Of a stretch of 64,000 nucleotides of DNA, positions 53,397 to 64,000 are shown piece by piece. The stretch's first letter is position 1. Every line of letters begins with the position of its first letter. The DNA is from Octopus sinensis (taxonomy: Eukaryota): the NCBI RefSeq assembly GCF_006345805.1, contig NC_043012.1:52700001-52764000 (forward strand), written 5' to 3'. The notes beneath the pieces are model-generated. The model was not told the DNA's origin and did no database searches. It saw nothing but the letters and a program-made list of their open reading frames with translations. The translations under genes were made by a program, and so were the position numbers.

Positions 53397-54670
53397 CGAG
53401 GGACGTTCAATAAGTAATGCCCCTGACCCACATGCAGTTGTTTGATCTAGCTGCAATTTTGCATGTGCAATTATTCATATATTTATAGATTAAATGGCGA
53501 ATTACAGCTCTGTGGTTTCTGATTTACAGGTGTTTGAACTGAGTCAAGTGTGAAATGGAGCCTGTTGAGTGTCGAGCAGTGGTCCGGTTTTTGTATTTGA
53601 AAGGACGCACACCACGGGAGACTTTTGATGAAATGAAAGTAACTTATGGTGATCATGCCCCATCATATGACCTTGTAAAACGCTGGCATCGTGAATTCAA
53701 ACATGGTCGGAACTCTGTGGAAACAGCTCCCAGATCTGGTCGCCCCCCTTCTGCCATTGATGAGGCATCTGTCCGTCAAGTTGATGCTGCCATTTTGGAA
53801 GATCGACGCATAACTATTCGCCAAATAGCCCATGAGGTCAAGATTAGTACCGGGTCTGTGGAAACTATCATTCATGACCATTTGCATATGCAAAAGGTGT
53901 CTGCCAGATGGATTCCCAGGCTGCTCACACCTTTCCAGAAGCAAGAACGCGTCGAGTGCTCGAGGATGAATTTGGAGATGTGCCAAGAAGATGAGTCAAA
54001 TTTTTTCAAAAGAATGATTACACAGGATGAAACCTGGGTCCATCACTATGATTCAGAGACCAAAGCCCAGTCAATGCAGTGGAAGCACCATGACTCACCT
54101 CCTCCAAAGAAGGCAAGGGTTCAGCCCTCCGCTGGCAAGGTCATGCTCACAGTCTTCTGGGACCAGAACGGAGTAGTGATGACAGATTTCCTGGCAAAGA
54201 GTACCACAATTACAGGAGCCTATTATCCTTCACTTTTGAGGAAATTAAGAGAAACTATCAAAATCAAGAGGCGGGGCAAGATCAGCAAAGACATCCTCCC
54301 CCTGCAGGACAACGCTCCGGTCCACAACTCGCGTCTCGCCAGATCAAATCACAGGCGTGCGGCTATGACCCCCCCCCCTACTCTCCTGACCTTGCACCCT
54401 CTGATTTTCACCTCTTCCCAGCCATGAAGTTGTTTTTGAAAGGAAAGCGTTTCCCAGATGATGCAGCCTTGATTTCTGAAGTCACGTCGTAGTTGGAGGA
54501 CCAAGCTGGGGTCTTCTACAAAAACGGTCTCCAAAGCTGCATCAAACGATGGGAGAAATGCGTAACTCTGGATGGTTCCTATGTAGAAAAAGACTAATAA
54601 CTGTGCCAAGTTTCGTTGCTCTACTGCTATGGGAAGTGGGTCAGGGGCATTACTTATTGAACGCCCCTCG
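53397..54670 (+). mobile_element. Near full-length mariner (irritans/Himar-Hsmar2-like), 1274 bp, ~35-bp TIRs, TA TSD
   Basis: CGAGGGACGTTCAATAAGTAATGCCCCTGACCCAC versus the reverse complement of the right end (1 mismatch); TA at 53395-96 and 54671-72. Confidence 0.95.
53555..54597 (+). pseudogene. Mariner DD34D transposase, inactivated
   Basis: WIPRLL, QDETW, LQDNA and YSPDLAPSD motifs; frameshift near 54346, small deletion before PPYSPDL, in-frame TAG at 54490-92, natural stop at 54595-97. Confidence 0.93.
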
Positions 54671-54715
54671 TATATATGAATTATATGAATGTGTATGTGT
54701 GTATATATATTGATC

Positions 54716-54757
<42 letters not shown>

Positions 54758-54900
54758 ATATAAATATACACACGCATGTATATATATATGTGTATATAGA
54801 AATATACATACATAGAGATATATGTATATGCACATACATACATATACATGCACACTCGCACACACATATATACACTTACACACACATACATATATAGACG

Positions 54901-54938
<38 letters not shown>

Positions 54939-55330
54939 GACGCGATGGTCATGGCTGGGATGCCTTCTATCAAATCTCGATTATAGATGAGTTGGGACTA
55001 AATGATAACAACAACAGCAACTATTCTATGTGTGGCCTTGTGCCAATGTAGGAGATCAATAGATATTTGGGTGGTTAATTAGCTTCGATTCAATCGACTG
55101 TTATTCAAGCCACTTCGATAAATTGGCTAAATTTAGAAATCAATATGATGAATATTGATTTTTAACGATGTTGTGTGGGTGGTGTATTGTCGGTTGGTAA
55201 AAGTAGAATATATGATTAAATACCTCTTGAGTATTTTAAATTCAATCCTTTCCATTCTGAGTTCAAATCTCGGCTGGTTTGATTTTGTTTCTTAATTAAT
55301 ATTTGAACTTGAGTATCAAATGTAAGATGT

Positions 55331-55635
55331 GGAGGCACATGGCCCAGTGGTTAGAGCAGCGGACTCGCGGTAGAGGGATCGTGGGTTCGAATCTCAGACC
55401 GAGTGATGTGTGTGTTTATGAGCGAAACACCTAAGCTCCACGCGGCTCCGGCAGAAGGTAATGGCGAACTTCTGCTGACTCTTTCGCCACAACTTTCTCT
55501 CACTCTTTCCTCCTGCATCTTGCAGCTCACATGCGACGGATCGGTGACCCGTCCAGGTGGGGAACCTATACGCCAAAGAAACCGGGAAACCGGCCCTTAT
55601 GAGCCAGGCATGGCTCGAGAAGGAACAAATAAAAC
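55331..55635 (+). mobile_element. tRNA-derived SINE, head/body D + tail X
   Basis: GGAGGCACATGGCCCAGTGGTTAG (A box), GGGTTCGAATCTC (B box), tail CCCGTCCAGGTGGGGAACC..GAAACCGGGAAACCGGCCCTTATGAGCC. Confidence 0.88.
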
Positions 55636-55770
55636 ATCAAATGTAAGAAATAAAGAGGGAAAGCAAGAGGGAAACAAAGAGAGGGGAAAGAGGAGAGTTA
55701 GAAGGGAGAGGTGAGAGAGGGAGAGAGAGAATGGAATTGGGAGTAAGAGTGAAAAGGCATGAAATATATG

Positions 55771-56003
55771 TATTTCTTTACTGCCCACAAGGGACTAAAC
55801 ATAGAGGGGACAAACAAGGACAGACAAAGGAATTAAGTCGATTACATCGACTCCAGTGGGAAACTGGTACTTTATTTATCGACCCCGAAAGGATGAAAGG
55901 CAAAGTCGACCTCGGCGGAATTTGAACTCACAACGTAACGACAGACGAAATACCGCTAAGCATTTCGCCCTGCGCGCTAACGTTTCTGCCAGCTCGCCGC
56001 CTT
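55771..56003 (-). mobile_element. Full SINE family A1 with 17-bp TSD
   Basis: AAGGCATGAAA(T/C)ATATG at 55754-55770 and 56004-56020. Confidence 0.92.
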
Positions 56004-56282
56004 AAGGCATGAAACATATGGTTTATAGGTAGAAGTCACAGGTGTAAAAGATTTGGATGAAGTGAGGTGGCGGTGAAAGGAGAAAACAGATAACTGGAGG
56101 GAGTGAAAGAGACGGTTAGAATGAATGAGAGGAAGGTGAGAAAAAAGTACAAATAGGTGTGGGAGAGAAAGATGATGCGAGGAAAGGAAGATAAGAAAAT
56201 ATGAGAGTGAGAGTGAGAGTGGGTGAAAGACGGAAGTTTAAAGGGTAGTCAGTGACAGAGAGTGGGTTTTAGGTGTACTAGG

Positions 56283-56762
56283 ACTGCGAGCTGGCAGAAT
56301 TGTTAGCACGCCGGGCGAAATGCTTTGTGGTATTTCGTCTGCCGTTACATTCTGAGTTCAAATTCCGCCGAGGTTGACTTTGCCTTTCATCCTTTCGAGG
56401 TCGATAAATTAAGTACCAGTTACGCACTGGCGGTCGATGTAATCGACTTAATCCGTTTGTCTGTCCTTGTTTGTCCCCTCTATGTTTAGCCCCTTGTGGG
56501 TAGTAAAGAAATAAGGACTATATTTTACGTAGGTGGCGAGCTGGCAGAACCGTTTGCACGCCAGACGAAATGCGTAGCCGTATTTCGTCTGCTTGTTACG
56601 TTCTGAGTTCAAATTCCGCCGATGTCGACTTTGCCTTTCATCCTTTGGGGGGTCGATAAATTAAGTACCAGTTACGCACTGGGGTCGATATAATCGACTT
56701 AATCCGTTTGTCTGTCCTTGTTTGTCCCCTCTGTGTTTAGCCCCTTGTGGGTAGTAAAGAAA
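56283..56762 (+). mobile_element. Two tandem near-complete SINE A1 copies
   Basis: Both end GTGGGTAGTAAAGAAAT. Confidence 0.9.
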
Positions 56763-57049
56763 TATATATTTTATATGTCCTTCGTTTTTAAGACAGCAAA
56801 GTGTGAGGTGAAGAAGACTGACTCCCATTTCCAAAGGGTAGAGAGACTCCCTGGCAGCTTTTACATATCGAAGAATCCGTAAATCGAGTCTAATGAGTTC
56901 TCTTTCTCCCTCCTCTCTCCCTCACACACGCTCTCTCTCTCTTTCTCTCAATCTGTCTCTGCATCTATCTGTCTACCTATCTATGCTTTCATTTAAAAGC
57001 TAGAAATCAATGTGAGAAATTGCTTTCTTACATTGACACTTTGTCACCG

Positions 57050-58600
57050 ATTTTAGGACAAAGCCACAATTGAGCTCAGTATTTGGGAAGTGCAATATTA
57101 TCCAACCCTACAACTGTGACGAGTGAAAGGCAAAGTTGATTCTGGCAGGATTTGAACCAGTTCATAACGAATTCTTCACTAAATACAGCAAGACCTATTT
57201 ATCCTATATTTCTCTAGGATCAATAATATTAGTCTCAAATTTTGACATAAGACAAGAAAATTTGGAGGAGGGGTTAAGTCGATTTCATCGATCCAAGTAC
57301 TCGACTGGTACTTATTATATCGACTTTTAAAAGGATGAAAGGCAAATTTGACCTTGGCGGAATTTGAACTCAGAACAATAAGACGAACGAAATGCTGTTA
57401 AGCATTTTGCACGGTGTGTTAACGATTCTGCCAACTTGCTCGCTGCCTTAATATCGGTTTTAAATTTTCGCACAAGGCCAGCAATTTAGGAGAAGGATAA
57501 ATCGATTACATTGATACCAGTGTTCAATTGATACTTATTTTATCGGCCCCGAAAGGATGAAAGGTTGAAAGGCAAAGTTCACCTGGGTGAAATTTGAACT
57601 CAGACCATAAGGACGGACGAAATGCTGCTAAGCATTTTACCCAGTGCGTTAACTATTCTGCCAGTCTGCCGCCTTTCGTCGCCTTCATTGATCCCTAATG
57701 TAGGTACAAGGCTCCTAACTTGAAAGAAGAGTACAAATGGCCATGTCGAATTCCAGAATTAGATTGGTACTTAATTTCCCTGATCCTGGAAGCATAGAAT
57801 TTAGTATTGACCTCGAAGGAATTAGATCTCAGAATAAAAAGAGACGTAGCTGCAAGGTATTTTGTCCACTGCACTTTAATAATTGCTTCTAATTTTAGTA
57901 CAAAGACAGAAATTTTGAGGAGAGAATGTTACTCGATATCATTGATCCGAGAACTTGACAGCTACTTTTTTTTATCGATTCCCGAAACCTGACTTCGGTG
58001 ATGTTTGAGCTCAGAACAAAAAGGCAATGTTGGCCAGAATGCAAAGAGTCGGAAACACACGCTACAAGCCTCTTTCCCGACGATCTTACGATTCTACCAA
58101 TACTTGTTTTAAATTTTGGCACAAGACCAGCAATTTTCGGGTAAGGGATAAGTCAGTTACTTCGACCCCAGTGTTCAACTGGTACTTATTTTATCTACCC
58201 CGACAGGATGAAAGGCAAAGTCGATATCGGCAGAACTTATAGACGGACGGAATGCAGCTAAGCATTCGTCTGGCGTACTAAAGATTCCCCCAGCTCACCG
58301 CCTTTACGTTTCTACTAATATTCATGAGAGGAAAAACACGGCAGAAATGAAGTATGTATACTAAATACATTATATGTGTAATAGTATTATATGTGTCATA
58401 AAGGCGGCGAGCTAGCAGTGTTATTAGCATGCCGGTCAAAATGCTTAGCGGCATTTCTTCCGGCTCTCCATTCTGAGTTCAAATTCGCAGTGTCGACTTC
58501 GCTTTTCATCCTTTTGGAGTCGATGAAATAAGTAGCAGTTGAGCTCTGGGGTCGATGTAATCGAGTAAATCCCACCCGAAAATGTCAGGCTTTGTACCTG
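57050..58600. mobile_element. Cluster of diverged SINE A2 copies (mostly minus strand)
   Basis: Repeated GGCACAAGGCCAGCAATT..GAAAGGATGAAAGGCAAAG..GAACTCAGAAC blocks. Confidence 0.8.
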
Positions 58601-58931
58601 TAGAGGAAAAAATCATATATGCAATAGAGCATTATATATGTAATATAGTGAGATGAAAAATTTTGATCAAATGAACTGGATTTAAATATGAAATTCACTC
58701 CTATCAATACTGTCTCTATGATACACATAATTTTATCAACTGATCATAATGTAGTACTTAAACAAACCAACACCGGTTGTCAGTTGGTGAAAAGAACGTA
58801 CGCAAAGACAGATACATCCACAGTTTCGGACACCCGTTTACTTAGAAGGCATTGGTCTGTCAATGCCTCAGTAGAAAACTGTTGCCTGAGGTGCCACGCA
58901 CTCAGACTGAATCCGAAACCATGTATTTCTT

Positions 58932-59690
58932 TTCTACTCTAGGCACAAGGCCCGAAATGTTTGGGGAGGGGGGGGGCAATCGATTAGATCGACCCCTGTA
59001 CGCAGCTGGTACTAAATTTATCGAACCCGAAAGGATGAAAGGCAAAGTCGACCTCGGCGGAATTTAAACTCAGAACATAAATCAGATGAAATACCTATTT
59101 CTTTACTACCCACAACGGGCTAAACACAGAGAGGATAAACAAGGTCAGACAAAGGGATTAAGTCGATTATATCGACCCCAGTGCGTAACTGGTACTTATT
59201 TAATCGACCCCGAAAGGATGAAAAGCAAAGTCGACCTCGGCGGAATTTGAACTCAGAACGTAACGGTAGACGAAATACTTATTTCTTTACTACCCACAAG
59301 GTGCTAAACGCAGAGAGGAGAAACAAGGACAGACAAACGGATTAAATCGATTATATCGACCCTTGTAACTGGTACTTATTTAATATACCTCAAAAGGATG
59401 AAAAGCAAAGTCGACCTCGGCGGAATTTGAACTCAGAACGTAGCGGCAAACGAAATACCTATTTCTTTTTTACCCACAAGGGGCTAAACACAGAGGGGAC
59501 AAACAAGGACAGACGGATTAAGTTGATTATATCGACCCCAGTGCGTAACTGGTACTTAATTTATCGAACCCGAAAGGATGAAAGGCAAAGTCGACCTCGG
59601 CGGAATTTGAACTCAGAACGTAACGGCAGACGAAATACTGCTAAGCATTTCGCCCGGTGTGCTAACGTTTCTGCCAGCTCGCCGCCTTCA
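58932..59690 (-). mobile_element. Tandem array of 4 SINE A units (period about 180 bp)
   Basis: Junction GAAATAC(C/T)TATTTCTTT at about 59090, 59275 and 59455. Confidence 0.92.
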
Positions 59691-59802
59691 GAAACCATAT
59701 ATTTGCGAAGCGAACTTCTTAACCACACAGCAATAGTATTCATAAGGCTGATGTTTAACCTGATTTCCAAGGTGTATAAGTGACTGAGATTACAGCATTC
59801 CC

Positions 59803-59999
59803 CACCTCCAAAGGACGCCGGTCCATCGCAGGATTAACTTCCCAGGTATCATTAGAACTCATAGACAGCTAAATAGACTGGAGCAAAGAGAAACGAAGTA
59901 TTTTGCTCACGATTATATCGAACTTCCCGGTCCTAGAATCGAGTCCACGATTTTACGATTACGCGTGCAGTTTCCTGCCCACCAGATCAAACGCTCTCC
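59803..59999 (-). mobile_element. Decayed head E + tail X SINE
   Basis: Reverse complement contains GCGATGGACCGGCGTCC and a head similar to 46411-46670. Confidence 0.55.
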
Positions 60000-60891
60000 G
60001 GCATAAAAAGAAGATTCGAAAACAAAAAAGAAAAAACCCTTCGAAGGCTCATAATAGACCTAAGTCTTAAGTCCCACCTAAGTCAAATTTGTCAAAATTT
60101 GCAGACATTACTAAGAGATCACTTTTTCTATTGTTCCTTTCTGGGCGCAGAACATTACAAAATCTTTAGGTTCTTATATTCTGAAACTGCATTGTTTTTA
60201 TTTATTTTCTTCCGGGGTAAAACAATTTCTGCCTGATAGAATAACTACCAGGTTTTAAAAAATGTAATACTGGGTTCGATTCATTCGACTGATATTCTCA
60301 TCGTGGAGCCCCAGCATGGCTGCAGTCAAATGACGGAAGCAAGTAAAAGATAAAAAATGAAAGATAAATGATAAAAGATACGTCGTCAGCGTGTTTTCCC
60401 GGGATCACTGGTTGTTTCGGAACTTACAACATACATCCTTACCCAAGTAATGGGGCCTAGGTTGATCAAACCTAGGTTTGTATTCAAGCAGCCTTCTACT
60501 AACCTTAGCGATCATTTATAGAAAACAAAATAGGTTTTTGTGGTAACATATTTGTTTCCATAACAGGAAAGTTCATGTGTCCCCGATAAAAATGTTTTGA
60601 TGTCAAAATGTAGGAGTCACTGCTGTAAAAGCAGTGATGGTAATTTACCGTTTCCAACTTCCTGTTGCATTTAACTCTGTCATCTACAACATACCCCGTT
60701 ATCAATCATACATTTCCTTGCTTTAATTTATCATGCTTGTTTGTTTATTGTTCTTCTTCCTCTTCTTTACTGTCACGTCCGCCACAACTACTGCCACGAC
60801 CATCAAAATTAACCAAAACCACCACCATTATCTTTATCCTCTATCTCTGCCTCTCTCTTTGTGTATATATGTATATATATGTGTGTGTGTA

Positions 60892-60952
<61 letters not shown>

Positions 60953-60979
60953 ATGCATATATATGTATATGTACATATA

Positions 60980-61014
<35 letters not shown>

Positions 61015-61186
61015 TTCTCTCCCACTCTTCAAATGTATATATATAAAGATAGATACATAATACATACATGCATACATACATACGTACGTACGTACATCTA
61101 TGCATGCATACACACATACACACATACATGCATACGTACGTACGTGCATCCATGCATACATACATGCAAACCCACACACACACAGA

Positions 61187-61220
<34 letters not shown>

Positions 61221-61978
61221 TAAAGAGAGAGAGAGAGAGAGTTACATCTTTATATGTGTGTATATATGTATGTATGCATATATATTATATATGTGTTTAT
61301 GTATATATGCATGCATTCATGCATGTATGTACGTATGTATAAACTCACACATAAGAACATATATACCTCTTTTGCCTTCTCTTTCCTTCTCTCGCTCAAA
61401 TTCTCCCTCTCTCTCTCTCTCTCTCTCTCTTTCTCACACTCTACACTCACTCTCACTACTTCTCCAACCAAAATTAGAGCAAAGCAATGGATGCCACGCA
61501 GAATGTACCTTACGGTTTGTTTTGTCTGATGCCACACACTATATATATACATCGCTACGAAGATACTATCTGTATATATCATTACAAAACAGACGGAGGG
61601 TAAATAAGTAAGCATTTCTCACAAGCCTTGCATAAGCTGCTATTTTAACGTGCAACAACGCCATTTGCCGACCTCCTACCATTTTCATACTCCCACTCCG
61701 ACTCCAACTCCGTCTCCGTATGTATTCCACCCGCTCTTCTTTCCCCTCGTTAGCTTACGTCTGCCTCTTTCTTCTAATAAGTATTAGCCTTGCCTCTCTC
61801 ACTCTTTATTTGCTCAGTGTCTTTCTTTCGTCTTCTTCTGCTTCTCGGAAATGATTTAATGAATATTGTTTGAAAAGTGCGAAAGGCCTCGTTAAATCAC
61901 CAACATCAGTTTCCGAAACGTCTCACCAGATAGACTGTGTGAGGTCATCTAAATACAAAATATTACACATTAATACTC

Positions 61979-62020
<42 letters not shown>

Positions 62021-62214
62021 CACACACGCACACGTGCGAGTACGCACATATATTTGCAAACAAACACAGCCGAAATTAATACCCCCACACATGCGCACAC
62101 GTACGTATCCATACTCCTTGACACAAGGTAGAGCAAATATTCACACACACACATATACACAGACACAAGGCTACACACACAAACATGTACACACTCAAGC
62201 ACACAAAGCTCTGT

Positions 62215-62261
<47 letters not shown>

Positions 62262-62405
62262 TTCTCTCATACATAAATACACACACACACACACACACAC
62301 ACGCATACGCATGCACACTCAGATATATGCAAATACATACATGTCCGTATACGTTAACAACGAACGTACACATATACATACAGAAGTATATATATATATA
62401 TATAG

Positions 62406-62459
<54 letters not shown>

Positions 62460-62460
62460 G

Positions 62461-62493
<33 letters not shown>

Positions 62494-62520
62494 TATATAT
62501 ACATATGCATGTATGTGTGT

Positions 62521-62584
<64 letters not shown>

Positions 62585-63339
62585 GGGCATACATATACAC
62601 ATAAAACCACATGTCAAAACATGTACACACGTACACACAAGCACCCACGTACTGCGCACATACAGACAGAAAAGGGCGCACACATATTTACACAGAAATA
62701 CACACATAGACGTATATTACACATACTAAGGAATGTTTAAACAACGACACACAAACAGGGGAACACACAAACACACACTCAAACACACAGTGATTCCAAC
62801 GAACATACGATTTTAATATTCCTGACATGTTGGTTTAAAATTCTTGTCATCGTATTTTATAGCAACCGAATCCGAACAGATAAATTTCATGTGACTTGCC
62901 CTGGCTGGCAGTAAATCTTCCAGTACTTGTTCTCAGAGCTGGTTCGCTGCCTGCGTTTAGAGCAACTTGCCCAACCCACTACAACTTATGCACTGAATTA
63001 TACGGTTTGCATTCATATATTTAGTCATTCATTCATTTCCCCCAGTTCTTATAGATTCGTTGTATTTGTTTTGAGGGGAGGGTGTTGGTTGATACCTTCG
63101 ACCCCAGTACTTCGGCGGTGCATTTCTTTAACAAATCCAGAAGAATGAAGGCAAAGTAGACCTCGACTGGATTTTAACCTTGAGCATAAAGAAACAAAAA
63201 CAAATACCGCAGGGCAGTCTGCCAGAAGCTCTAGCGATTTTGTCAATTTACCGTCGTTAGATGAAATGAGTTTGAATATTACACTTTTAATGACTTTAAC
63301 TATAGAGTGAAAGCAAAGACAAAATGAATATTTAATTCT

Positions 63340-63720
63340 TTATTGCCCACAAGGGGCTAAACATAGAGGGGACAAATAAAAACAGACAGATGGATTAAGT
63401 CGATTACATCGACCCCAGTGCGTAACTGGTACTTATTTAATCGCCCCCGAAAGGATGAAAGGCAAAGTTGACCTCGATGGAAATTGAACTCAGAAGATAG
63501 CGACAGAGGAAATACCAATTTCTTTACTACCCACAAGGGGCTAAACACAGAGGGGACAAACAAGGACAGACAAACGGATTAAGTCGATTACATTGACCCC
63601 AGTAACTGGTACTTATTTAATCGACCTCGGCGGAATTTGAACTCAGAACGTAGCGGCAGACGAAATACCGCTAAGAATTTCGCCCGGTGTGCTAACGTTT
63701 CTGCCAGTTCGCCGCCTTAA
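63340..63720 (-). mobile_element. Tandem SINE A1 dimer
   Basis: Junction GAAATACCAATTTCTTTACTACCC near 63510. Confidence 0.9.
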
Positions 63721-64000
63721 TATGCGTTTCTCCATAAACACTATAGCTTTGATAATATATTAGCAGAAACCGTTGGAATTCCATGTTTCATGAATGTACT
63801 TCTTTAAATTTTGATTCATAATTTTATACGATTTCATAATATTGCCGAATGATCATAAAAATTTCCGCTGTGTTTTCGATGTTGTACTGTTGTCAACATC
63901 ATTAAAAGTGTAGCTGTCGATCTAGTTTCCTTATAGCTCTCTCTTTACTACAGGCACAAGGCCTGAAATTTTTCAGGGTGGCGGCTAGTCGATTACAGCG

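Overview
This is a very AT-rich, microsatellite-dense eukaryotic intergenic or intronic window. The SINE families suggest an octopod cephalopod, but that is an inference, not a database result. I find no intact protein-coding gene, rRNA, true tRNA gene or CRISPR array; nearly all ORFs in the supplied track are microsatellite artefacts. The recognisable content is mobile DNA: several tRNA-derived SINE families (some as tandem arrays), a near full-length but broken irritans-like mariner (53397-54670), an internally deleted mellifera-like mariner (23357-23922), maT/DD37D transposase relics, a pogo/Tigger-like MITE, the 3' end of an RTE LINE, and 3' ends of RLE-type (R4/Dong/Hero-like) non-LTR elements sitting in (AAT)n. 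The best lead is a cluster of type I hammerhead ribozymes. A non-coding ~290-bp direct repeat with 492-bp period (12410-13194) carries one core-perfect hammerhead per copy, a Penelope-pLTR/retrozyme-like architecture predicted to release a 492-nt, potentially circular RNA. A third core-intact hammerhead lies 0.4 kb downstream, and variant or decayed ones occur at 8.5, 16.8 and 33.4 kb. All folds were derived by eye and need testing.
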